64,000 nt of DNA from an uncultured virus (IMG/VR IMGVR_UViG_3300009093_000038). Lineage: Duplodnaviria > Heunggongvirae > Uroviricota > Caudoviricetes. Below, piece after piece: positions 19,766-28,600 of the stretch. The notes beneath the pieces are model-generated. The model worked only from the letters and a program-made list of their open reading frames with translations, was not told where the DNA came from and searched no databases. Where the stretch lies: the IMG/VR virus record IMGVR_UViG_3300009093_000038; one strand, written 5' to 3'. Each line of letters starts with the position of its first letter. The stretch's first letter is position 1. A program made the translations under genes and the position numbers.

Positions 19766-20100
19766 TAAGCCGGTGTGGATGAAGTCTGGTGGGCTTTCAG
19801 ATACTGTTCCTGCGCCCGCAGCTTCGAAGCCTTTCTCAGTTCCAGCATCTCGCGGGCTTCGTTTTGAAAACGCCAGATAGCGCCGTAGTCGAAGCCATAA
19901 GGTCCGGTGAAACGTTTGATGATCTCGGCGATCTTTTCGCGCTGAGACGCCCATTTGTCCCGACCTATCCCGCTGGCCGTGCTCCGGCGCACCAGCTTTA
20001 AGTCGTGGATGTGTTTGCTGATCTCGGCATAGCGGGTGCGCCACTCAGCGCGCCACGTGAGATATTGTTCCTTCGTTTCGAATGTCAGTGTTGTATTCAT
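19765..20100 (-). CDS. Hypothetical helical basic protein, translationally coupled to pth2
   Basis: ATGA overlap with the pth2 stop. Confidence 0.7.
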   Translation of the reverse strand: MNTTLTFETKEQYLTWRAEWRTRYAEISKHIHDLKLVRRSTASGIGRDKWASQREKIAEIIKRFTGPYGFDYGAIWRFQNEAREMLELRKASKLRAQEQYLKAHQTSSTPA

Positions 20101-20546
20101 GGTAGTAACTGGAACCGCCGTGTGATGGTTTGTATTTCGTGCTTCTTCGCTGGACCTATACCCAGGGCGGTAATGATGGGCTGGCCACCGAAGAAATTTT
20201 CACAGCCGGAATCCACGACCAGGAAGTGCGGGATGCCGAGGCGTTTGGCTTCGTCCACGGCCTGCATGATCCGATTGAGGTTGCCCTCAAGACAGACTTT
20301 GGTGCCGGGAGAATTGGGGTGCTCGACGGAATAGGCCGCAGCGAGCGAGGGATTTTGTTGAAGCGCCTGGATGTAAGCTCCCAGGTAAGCGTGACCCGCT
20401 TGAGAAGCGGATTTGCCTGGAGTCATGCCCAGGTCTTTGCGAACGATAGCGTAGAGACGGAGAGTTTCGTCCTACGTGAATGGAGAGGCACATGGGGCAC
20501 TTTCCCCAGTTGCCTTCGAAGTTTCTAAAACCTACAGTTCTGTCAT
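20097..20546 (-). CDS. pth2: Peptidyl-tRNA hydrolase (Pth2 family) with two in-frame TAG codons (codons 5 and 25)
   Basis: LYAIVRKDLGMTPGKSASQAGHA..TKVCL..VVDSG..TALGIGP..ITRRFQLL; the promoter-proximal ATG 20546 is in frame; TAGs at 20532-20534 and 20472-20474. Confidence 0.85.
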
Positions 20547-20555
20547 AGTGGCGAA

Positions 20556-20584
20556 AATGTAAACGCTTCCTTTTTCGCTGTCAA
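20556..20584 (-). promoter_or_regulatory. Sigma70-like promoter of pth2
   Basis: TTGACA-N17-TACATT, 9 nt before ATG 20546. Confidence 0.8.
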
Positions 20585-20639
20585 ACGAAAAGTTGCACGG
20601 GCTGAGTAGGTAGGGAGAATCACTGTGGTATGAAATGAA

Positions 20640-20714
20640 TGGCGCTTCCGGCAGGGTTCGAACCTGCGACGCACCGATTTAGAGTCGGTCGTTCTGCCGC
20701 TGAACTACGGAAGC
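20640..20714 (-). tRNA. Amber suppressor tRNA, anticodon CUA
   Basis: GCTTCCG TA GTTC AGCGGCA GAAC G ACCGA CT-CTA-AA TCGGT GCGTC GCAGG TTCGAAC CCTGC CGGAAGC G CCA; all four stems pair, CCA encoded, 75 nt. Confidence 0.95.
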
Positions 20715-20723
20715 ACGGACAAA

Positions 20724-20752
20724 AAACTAAAATGTTTACATTTATGAGTCAA
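20724..20752 (-). promoter_or_regulatory. tRNA promoter with palindrome in spacer
   Basis: TTGACT-N17-TAGTTT; spacer contains AAATGT-AA-ACATTT. Confidence 0.7.
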
Positions 20753-20782
20753 GCCGGGAATAGCGAATTGATCGGGTCGCCG

Positions 20783-21133
20783 ATGAGCAAAGAGCTGATC
20801 GACGAAAAGATCAAGCGGTGCTATCGCCAGCGCCGTGTTGATAAAGTGCTCACCTGCGTCTCTGCCGTGGTGACCACGACGATTTTTATCCTGATCTATC
20901 GCCACAACTACGTGATGCTGGCTTTCTTTCTCCTGGTGGGATGGCTGGTGAATCTGGCCGTGATGTTTTATTGCCAGAGAGTGTGGTCGCTGAGGATCAA
21001 CCGGTGGGAAGCCCTGTGGAAGTGGTGCGACCTTCTGGAGCACGTCACTTTATTAGGTGAGTCAGGACCTTTTCGAGCAGGATCGGAAGGCATAACAGCA
21101 GAAATCCTCCGACGACTGCCCACTTCGAGCTGA
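20783..21133 (+). CDS. Hypothetical two-TM membrane protein (start uncertain)
   Basis: Two hydrophobic stretches; the track start inside the tRNA is rejected. Confidence 0.5.
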   Translation: MSKELIDEKIKRCYRQRRVDKVLTCVSAVVTTTIFILIYRHNYVMLAFFLLVGWLVNLAVMFYCQRVWSLRINRWEALWKWCDLLEHVTLLGESGPFRAGSEGITAEILRRLPTSS

Positions 21134-21371
21134 CCATCGACTGCCAGTCTTGAAGCTCTTGCGTCCGCAGGTCTGTTTCAATCAGACTGCGGTTCAATTC
21201 CAGGACGGAATTGATTAGCCACTCCCTCTCACTTTCCATCTTCGAGAGCGCCATGATGATGTACTTCTGCTCATCAGACAACTTCGTGACTAGATGGTCG
21301 GGGATAGAGGATTTGAACTCAGGGCGTTTCAACTCCTGATACCTCGGAATGCGTTCTGATTTTTCGGCCAT
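21045..21371 (-). CDS. Coiled-coil protein with C-terminal TM helix (holin/XhlA-like architecture)
   Basis: Start re-called at MAEKS after GTATTTA; WAVVGGFLLLCLPILL. Confidence 0.55.
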   Translation of the reverse strand: MAEKSERIPRYQELKRPEFKSSIPDHLVTKLSDEQKYIIMALSKMESEREWLINSVLELNRSLIETDLRTQELQDWQSMVSSKWAVVGGFLLLCLPILLEKVLTHLIK

Positions 21372-21447
21372 TATGCCAATAAATACGCAGCCTAATTTCC
21401 AAGTGTGCGCGCCTGAAAAGTTTGACTTGAAACAATACACTACAGAA

Positions 21448-21476
21448 TTGACATCCAAATCGTAAATGTTTACAAG
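21448..21476 (+). promoter_or_regulatory. Sigma70-like promoter with TGTTTACA box
   Basis: TTGACA-N17-TACAAG, 6 nt before ATG 21483. Confidence 0.65.
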
Positions 21477-21482
21477 ATCGGC

Positions 21483-21779
21483 ATGGACCAAAGACGCCGC
21501 CAACTGCTCCTCGACACCGCTAACCATTTCTCCGAGGGTACTCCCGCCATCAATCACGAGTGGCTGGTTAAAAATGAAATCAACATTGACGAGATGGGCC
21601 AACTTTGTGAACAACTTGGCGGCATCATCCGGGGCTTTGCCAACGCGCCGAAAGAATTACGCACGCTGATACTCATTTGCAGTGCCGCAGATGACCCAGA
21701 TCAGGCCCAGATGATGGTGGCGCGACTGACGGAAAGCATGGCCCTGGAGACAGTGATCGAGCGTCTGAAAAAGATGTGA
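21483..21779 (+). CDS. Hypothetical protein
   Basis: ORF after promoter. Confidence 0.6.
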   Translation: MDQRRRQLLLDTANHFSEGTPAINHEWLVKNEINIDEMGQLCEQLGGIIRGFANAPKELRTLILICSAADDPDQAQMMVARLTESMALETVIERLKKM

Positions 21780-21857
21780 ATATCCTCTGGATAAGGGTGG
21801 AATAGGAAATAATAACATTCCGTTTACATTTAGGAGTTGAGATTTTACGGTAGGGGA

Positions 21858-22106
21858 ATGGGATTTGAATTGAGAGCTTCGCACTCCGGGCTAGGAAAAC
21901 AGAAGAATCAGTTGAGCGTGGCCGCCGCCCCGTATCACGTGAAACTGAAAGACGGCAAAGATAAATTTTGCGCGCACTTGAAAGAAGTTTACGGGGGATT
22001 CTCGCAGGCCGCCGTGGACTCGGTGTTCGACCGGCACGAGCGGGCTTTCCTGGACCTGGAAGCCCTGTGGACCAGGCATCGAAGGCGGTTTGTCACCCTG
22101 GCTTAG
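21858..22106 (+). CDS. Hypothetical protein
   Basis: ORF; start uncertain. Confidence 0.4.
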   Translation: MGFELRASHSGLGKQKNQLSVAAAPYHVKLKDGKDKFCAHLKEVYGGFSQAAVDSVFDRHERAFLDLEALWTRHRRRFVTLA

Positions 22107-22112
22107 TATTTG

Positions 22113-22152
22113 CACTTTGGCTATTGACAGGCGTTAGGTCTTCGTTTACATT
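22113..22152 (+). promoter_or_regulatory. Sigma70-like promoter with extended -35
   Basis: CACTTTGGCTA-TTGACA-N17-TACATT. Confidence 0.75.
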
Positions 22153-22180
22153 TTACATCGAAGATTAAAACTTAACGCTT

Positions 22181-22900
22181 ATGGCAACCAAAAAGACCAC
22201 CGAATCCAAGAAGAACATCCTGGCACCGCTCAAGATCAAGGCGCTCGAAAAGCCTTTGAAGACAGGCGATGTCGTCACCATCAACGTCGAGGGTGACTAC
22301 CCTTCGAAGTACAATGAAGCCTCCGCCATTGCCAAGGGCGCGGAGAAGATCATGAAGGATTACAAGCCCGCCATGCTCCCGCTGGCCGTGGACGAAATCT
22401 TTACTCAGAACACCACCAACCCGAACGAACCCATTGTCAGCGTTGCCTTTCGCGACGAGAAGGACAACGTGCTGCGCATCAGCATGACCAGCAAGTACGG
22501 CGACGTGACGGCTGAAGCGGTCCAGGAGCTGTTCAAGGGCCTCAAGAAGAAAGACAAAACGGAGGCCAACATCAATGATTACGTGGAGCGCACGGTGGAA
22601 GCACGTTTTGACAGCACGGTGTTTCGCGGTGCGGACGGCAAGTTTGACAGGGAGCGCTACGACAAGATCGTAGCCGCGCTCGATGGCGTGTCCAAGGAAC
22701 TGGGCATCGTCAATCCGTTGTCCACGCAGATCGTGGTGAAGCCGTTCGCCAATTTCAGCACCCGGCGCTGGCTGGATTTTGATAAAGCGACCAACGTGCA
22801 GATCAGCAAAGTCATCACAAATCAGATTACGTTCACTCCGTGCCCCAACGCGGTCACCGGTCTCATGGTCGGCGAGGAGCCGGAAAAGGAAAAAGAATAA
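22181..22900 (+). CDS. Hypothetical protein
   Basis: 239-aa ORF with strong codon bias after promoter. Confidence 0.7.
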   Translation: MATKKTTESKKNILAPLKIKALEKPLKTGDVVTINVEGDYPSKYNEASAIAKGAEKIMKDYKPAMLPLAVDEIFTQNTTNPNEPIVSVAFRDEKDNVLRISMTSKYGDVTAEAVQELFKGLKKKDKTEANINDYVERTVEARFDSTVFRGADGKFDRERYDKIVAALDGVSKELGIVNPLSTQIVVKPFANFSTRRWLDFDKATNVQISKVITNQITFTPCPNAVTGLMVGEEPEKEKE

Positions 22901-23253
22901 TGAGAACTCGTGTCATTATTAACTGGGACGACAACGATCCGTTTCCGATGGGGAAACGGATCGAGGAAGCGTTTAATCGTGTCATCAGCTTTTGCACGGA
23001 GCTGATGGCCGAGTCGGATCACCCGTCTCAGCGTCCACCCGAGCAGGTAGCCTGGCGCAAAGTAATAGGCGGTGAGTTTGAGAATACCGATCTCCACCTT
23101 TTGGTGAAATACGCACGCACTATCGTTCAGCGGGTCAACGAAAAATATAAGACACCCGAAAGTCCGGTCGCAGAGAGCGTCATTCAAGCGGTGGATAATC
23201 TCTATACCGTGCTTTCTGAAACGTGTGAATACGTGTTCAAAAACAAATCATGA
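22900..23253 (+). CDS. Hypothetical protein
   Basis: TAATG coupling. Confidence 0.55.
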   Translation: MRTRVIINWDDNDPFPMGKRIEEAFNRVISFCTELMAESDHPSQRPPEQVAWRKVIGGEFENTDLHLLVKYARTIVQRVNEKYKTPESPVAESVIQAVDNLYTVLSETCEYVFKNKS

Positions 23254-23753
23254 CTCTGATCGTTCATTTCATGCAGTACGGCCAGACGGCTTGCCAGATG
23301 GCAGGCGTTCCCAAGGACTGGGCCGCTGGCCATAGGTGGAGCAGCGCCTGGAAAGATGTGACGTGCCAGGATTGCCTGCGCGGCAAGGATTTTATCGACA
23401 CGTTTACGATCTCAGAGAAACGCGATTCGATTACGTGCAAGCGCTGTAACCGCACCAGTTACAATAGCAATGATGTGCAGTACCACTATTGCGCTTACTG
23501 CGATGTGTTCCATGATGACATCTGGCCGCCCGCTCGTCGTTGGTGGATCGAGAACCCGGAGCGTGACCTAGCCCTGGTCTCGTGTGCCTGCGGGTACCGC
23601 ATCGGGTTCCGTTGGAAACAGTTGATCAGCTTGGAGCCTAACCTGGAGGTTGCAGGCGTCTTCCGCTGTCCTCAGTGCAAGGCGAACCTTTTTGACCAGA
23701 TTTCAAAACTCAGTAAGCATTACCATGAAGCGCATCAAGCACATCAGCCCTAA
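23250..23753 (+). CDS. Cys-rich putative zinc-binding protein
   Basis: Several CxxC pairs. Confidence 0.6.
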   Translation: MTLIVHFMQYGQTACQMAGVPKDWAAGHRWSSAWKDVTCQDCLRGKDFIDTFTISEKRDSITCKRCNRTSYNSNDVQYHYCAYCDVFHDDIWPPARRWWIENPERDLALVSCACGYRIGFRWKQLISLEPNLEVAGVFRCPQCKANLFDQISKLSKHYHEAHQAHQP

Positions 23754-24351
23754 AGTCCAGGTCCAGGTGGTCGAGGACTACAAAGCCAAGAACCCGGACG
23801 GGACGTACAAGCTCACTCTCAAGCAGATCGCCGAGAAGCACGAGATCAGTCTCAGCACGGTCAACAATCTGGCGCGCATCTCCAAGGTGCAGGGCAGGCC
23901 GAAGATCGGGAAGAAGCTGATCGTGCCGGACGCTCGTACCATGAAGCTGCTGCGCGATGCGACCGAATTGAACATCACCCTGGAGGAAGTGGGCCGACTC
24001 AACAAGCGCTGGACCACGGACCCGGCGACGGGCCGCCGTGTGCTCAAGCCGCTCACCAAACAGCGTGTGTCTCAGATCATCAACTTTTGGAAAAAGCGCG
24101 GCAATCCTGGACTGCGCACGAAAGGATTCAAGCCTGGCGATGTGATCAAGTGGGCCGACCAGCTCTTTACCGTGGTCCGCTACGATTCGGCGCGCAAGGG
24201 CGCTGTGCGTGACGCCGAGGGCGACGTTATTGATCCCTTCCACTGGGTGCATCTAGGTGCCCGCTCCAAGCTGGTGACTCCAGCTCCGGCACCCCCGGCT
24301 GAAGCTGTCCCTTCTGATGCGTCGTCCAATGGCGAAGTATCTAAAGCGTGA
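23725..24351 (+). CDS. Putative DNA-binding protein with two HTH-like motifs
   Basis: LTLKQIAEKHEISLSTVNNL; ITLEEVG..LTKQRVSQI. Confidence 0.65.
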   Translation: MKRIKHISPKVQVQVVEDYKAKNPDGTYKLTLKQIAEKHEISLSTVNNLARISKVQGRPKIGKKLIVPDARTMKLLRDATELNITLEEVGRLNKRWTTDPATGRRVLKPLTKQRVSQIINFWKKRGNPGLRTKGFKPGDVIKWADQLFTVVRYDSARKGAVRDAEGDVIDPFHWVHLGARSKLVTPAPAPPAEAVPSDASSNGEVSKA

Positions 24352-24719
24352 CATCGAAACAAATTCTCGACGAGATCATCGAGCGCCAGATCAGTGATGC
24401 GACCATGCTCAAACGCGTGGTGGCACTCTTTCAGCGGGAGTTGGGTGCGATCTTCGGGAATGCCTCGGTGAAGCGACGTAATCATCGCTACGAGATCGAC
24501 GTGGCTGTTTACGAAAAACCTATCGCTGGCGGGGAGTCCTACAGGATGCCCACGCGCCAGGTCCAGGAATGGGTCCGTCAGGCCGCCGCCAAAGCCCATC
24601 CTCGCCTCTATAAACGGCTGCAAGTCAACGTCCAGCCGTGGAAGCACGGTCACGCCTCCAAAAAGTTATTCGCACCCCTGCACATCACTGTGGATGCCCG
24701 TCAAAGTCCTGCCCAATAG
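24348..24719 (+). CDS. Hypothetical protein
   Basis: GTGA coupling. Confidence 0.55.
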   Translation: MTSKQILDEIIERQISDATMLKRVVALFQRELGAIFGNASVKRRNHRYEIDVAVYEKPIAGGESYRMPTRQVQEWVRQAAAKAHPRLYKRLQVNVQPWKHGHASKKLFAPLHITVDARQSPAQ

Positions 24720-24777
24720 GGATTTGTTCAAACATTGACTTGACGAAGCAAAAATTGTTTACGATTATTCACACGTT

Positions 24778-25089
24778 ATGCGCAGTCTTATTAACAAAGG
24801 TGAAAGTGGTATCAACCTCGAAGCTCCTGGCCGAATGGACGTTGTCGAGCAAGTCTTACGTGCGGAGCCGTTCTTTAAGCCGAAGATGCGTGGTCCTGTA
24901 CGTTGTCGCCGCACCAACCGGCGCGGAATTCGAAAACAGTACAGCGGGCTGACCGTGGAACTGGTCGGAAGGCTGGCTCGCGCTGGACTTGACGCTGTAA
25001 CGATGCGCCGCGACGAATTGATTGCGGCAGCGTATCAGCTCTGCCAGCCAGTATCTGACGGCCAGGAAACGTTGTCAGTGAATGCCTGA
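24778..25089 (+). CDS. Hypothetical protein
   Basis: Downstream of TTGAC..TGTTTACG element. Confidence 0.5.
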   Translation: MRSLINKGESGINLEAPGRMDVVEQVLRAEPFFKPKMRGPVRCRRTNRRGIRKQYSGLTVELVGRLARAGLDAVTMRRDELIAAAYQLCQPVSDGQETLSVNA

Positions 25090-25603
25090 GCAGGATGCCA
25101 AAGACCCAATCCAGGAAGAATTAGAGCGCCAGATTCTTGAGGGCGCGCCGGAAATCTGTATCTGGATGATTGTCTTTGGGTGCCTGACCACCATGGCGGA
25201 AATCCGCGAGGAATACGCTCTCAGTAGAATTGACCACTCCACTTTCTATCCTGCATTCAACAACGCGTTCGCCGAACTGATCAAGACGGCGGAGGCCGTG
25301 GACCGCTTTGGCGTTATTCTCGCGGTCGTGACCGAGAGCAACTACCGCAGGAGGATCAAGAAAGACCCCTACTACGTCATCGACGCCAAATTTTCCTCCT
25401 TTTTCTGGCGCTGGTACAACTGGTGGGCCGATCATCTTTTCGAACTGGACGATGTAGCTAGGCAAAGGCTCTTTCGGCTTGGCCACGAGAGATCGTCCAC
25501 GCTGGCAGAGTATAAGCCTCCGGGCGACTGGATGCACTATCGGCGCACCATGCCAAAAGTGCTCAATTTTTCAGTCCCGCTAGGCGTGGCAAAAGCCGAA
25601 TAG
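25082..25603 (+). CDS. Hypothetical protein
   Basis: ORF in operon context. Confidence 0.55.
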   Translation: MPEQDAKDPIQEELERQILEGAPEICIWMIVFGCLTTMAEIREEYALSRIDHSTFYPAFNNAFAELIKTAEAVDRFGVILAVVTESNYRRRIKKDPYYVIDAKFSSFFWRWYNWWADHLFELDDVARQRLFRLGHERSSTLAEYKPPGDWMHYRRTMPKVLNFSVPLGVAKAE

Positions 25604-25684
25604 TGGGACCCTCACTTCCCTCCTTGGCGCGGCGTTTGTTATCGCTTCAGCGGGACTGTTCTATTATGGGTTGGTAGTTATCAC

Positions 25685-28600
25685 GTGAACGAGCTGATCG
25701 AGCAAGAAGTCCTGGATGCCAAAGAGGTTTCCACGAATGAATCAGGACGCGTAGTGGTTGAATCCGACATCGACCTCCGCGACTCTCTCAGCCCATCGTT
25801 CCATGACGAAGTGGCGCAGCTCCTTTCCAACCTGGGCGTCATCGTTGAATCCCAGTGGCGGCCAGCCGGGCTGGCGACAGAGAAAAGATTTTACACGGGG
25901 CCGGTGCTCGTCATCAAAGCTGTTACCGGCAACCAGGATGTCACCGGCCCGAAGCTTGCCGAAGCGGTACGATCGCTGATCCCTGATGCGCTGCGCGCCC
26001 AGACCCGAGTCTGGTGCCCCTTCCTTCACAAGGACGTGTGCAATGAGACACTGGTCTTCGATGTGGCGGTGGCGGGCGCACCGGCAGTCCTCTTTGAATT
26101 TGCGGATGAGGACGAGATGAAAACCATCTCGGAGCCAACCGACCCGAAGGAGCGCATCATGACTGTGCTCAATGGCCATGGTTTGCACATCGAGAGCTTT
26201 GTCACGACTCCATCCGATCCCGGTTGGGGCGATCTCGGTAATCCAGTCTTTGTCATCAAGACCAATCTTCAACCCACTGAAGCTCCCTGGACCTACGATC
26301 CAGTGGCACAGTCCGGTCTAGTGGAATTCTGTGCGCGGGTAAAGCGCGACCTGGAGGAGATCACACACCAGGATGTGACGTTCGCCTCCAAGTTCGCCAT
26401 GGAGAAGGGGGCGTGGAACATTACCTGGCTGACGGATGAGCACGGTAAAATGGAATCGACTGGCGATGCTGATCTCGACGCTGAGTTGGCTAAAGAGCTG
26501 ACGAGTGACAAAGTGGATCGCGCTCTGATTGAGGATATTCTTTCCCGTTACGGTGTTCGTCTTTTGCCTGGCGACCGTCAAGGTACTGGCTTCGACATAC
26601 CCAATCAGCCCGACATCATTCCGAACACCTACCACATGTTCCGTGGGCAATGGAAACCCAAGGTCTTGTGGCACGAAGGGTCATCGCAGCTCGGTACCGA
26701 TCTTCGTAACGACATCAGCGCGCAGTGTGGGGTGGCACCGAAGGACATTTTCTTCTACATCGACTTCGCGAGCGGTGAAGTCGAAGTGGCTGTGCCGCGC
26801 AAGAATCTCCAGACGGAATCAGAGCTGGACTCCGAAGCCGAAGACGCCAAAGAGGTTGGTGAAATTCCTGCCGACCGCGACGTGATGCCGTCTGGCGTTG
26901 AGGGATGGCAGAGCCGTCTTCAAAATGCTTACGACAGCTTTGAGGAGTTTGCTTCGTACTCGGACATCTACGGGTTGGCCGAACGCCTGGGATTCGAGAC
27001 CGCTCAGGAAGCCTGGGAAGCCAATCCGATCATTCGTGGTTCCGTGAATCCTGGTGATTACGGTGTGGTTGAGAGTGCTGGTGATAAGCCACCGTGGTAT
27101 GACCCCAACGCCGGTGCGCAGAAAGTCGCCCATGACGTGGAAGGCGCGCCAGTGAAGATCGGCCAAATAGTCCGCGTGACCTCGGTTGATGAAGCAGAGG
27201 AAGGAACTGACTGGGCTAAATTGGTGGGCCAGGAGGGCAAAGTAGTCCACCTGGAGTATTCGTGCGGATGCGGGCAGTCTTATCCAGAGGACCCGATGAT
27301 CGGTGTGGAGTTTTCCGATGGCACCGTTCACGAGTTCTGGGCTGAGGAGCTTGGCACCGAGACCAATGAAGCCATCCGGGCCTACCACGCGTCGCCGAAT
27401 AAGTTCAAGAAGTTCGATCTCAGTAAAGAGGGCGCGCACTTCGGGTCTCGCGAGCAGGCGTCCAACGTCAGGAAGCATGGGCTGAAAGAGCCGGTCGCTT
27501 ACGATCTGGAGGTCAAGAATCCTTTGCGCCTGCATGACATCGGCGTCTGGAATAATTTCAACAACCTGCACTCTGTGCTCAGCGTGGGTGATCACATCAC
27601 GCCCGAGCAGGCTGACGCGGCCTGGGCCGCCTGGTTGCGGTCGGATCAGGAAGGGTGGGAGGCGCTGAAGGCCGCACTCGAACAGAATGGCTACGACAGC
27701 ATCGTCTATCAGAACGAGCAGGAAGGCCCCGGCGACTCCTACCTGGTATTCCGCGACGGCCAGATCAAACGGATCAAGGAGAACGACGAAGGTGACTTCA
27801 AAGACCTATGGGTGGACTCGCCTAGTTTATCGCACACTTTCACGTTTGTCTTTGATTTCGGTGCCGGAGAAGGCACTCAAGAGTGGGTCTGGACCGTTCC
27901 CATCGAGATGATGCCGCCTGTCGGCCCGGATGGAGATTTAGAGCCTGTCTTGGATTTTGTTAGAGAGTATGCCCGCAAGCACATGCCAGATACTCCGCCA
28001 GACGACTGGGATTTTCTTGTTGATATTAAACCAGCCAATCCTGAGAACTTGGCCGAGCTGTTGCGTGAGGACCTGAACGATGACGTGGTAGCGGCTGCGA
28101 AAGAGGCATGTAAAGAGCCAAGCGACGAACAGAAGGAAGCTGGCAATTACCAAAAGGGTCACATTGTGATCCATGGTCTTGACATCTCCATCGAGAATTG
28201 CAAAGGGTCCATGCGCCGGGGCAAGGACAAGGGCGGCAAGGAGTGGGAGGTTAAATTACCCGCGCACTACGGCTACATCAAAGGCACCGAAGGCAAGGAT
28301 AAGGATCACATCGACGTGTTCATCGGCGAGAAGCCGGAGAGCGAGAAGGTGTTCGTGGTCAATCAGAACAAGCTCGATGGTGGTTTTGATGAGCACAAAG
28401 TCCTGCTTGGATTTGAGGAGCGCGCCGACGCCATCCAGCATTACGACGACGCCTACACAGGCGGCCTGGGTCCCAAGCTGCGCGACTCGGTCGTGTCCAC
28501 CACGATGGAAAAATTCAAAGCGTGGCTCCAGGATGGCGAGCACAAGAAGCCGTTCGAGGAAGTCGAGCTGAAGGAATCCCTCCAGGAGCGGGTCAACATC

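Noticed and set aside
20097..20426. Pth2 starting at the track ATG 20426
   Set aside because: This start omits the conserved LYAIVRKDL strand encoded in frame upstream
20640..20714. Pyrrolysine tRNA
   Set aside because: It has a canonical 5-bp anticodon stem, D-loop GG, TTCGA T-loop and 5-nt variable loop, unlike tRNA-Pyl; no pyl genes in the window
20639..20782. N-terminal part of track ORF 20639-21133 (MALPAGFEPAT...)
   Set aside because: It is the antisense translation of the tRNA and its promoter
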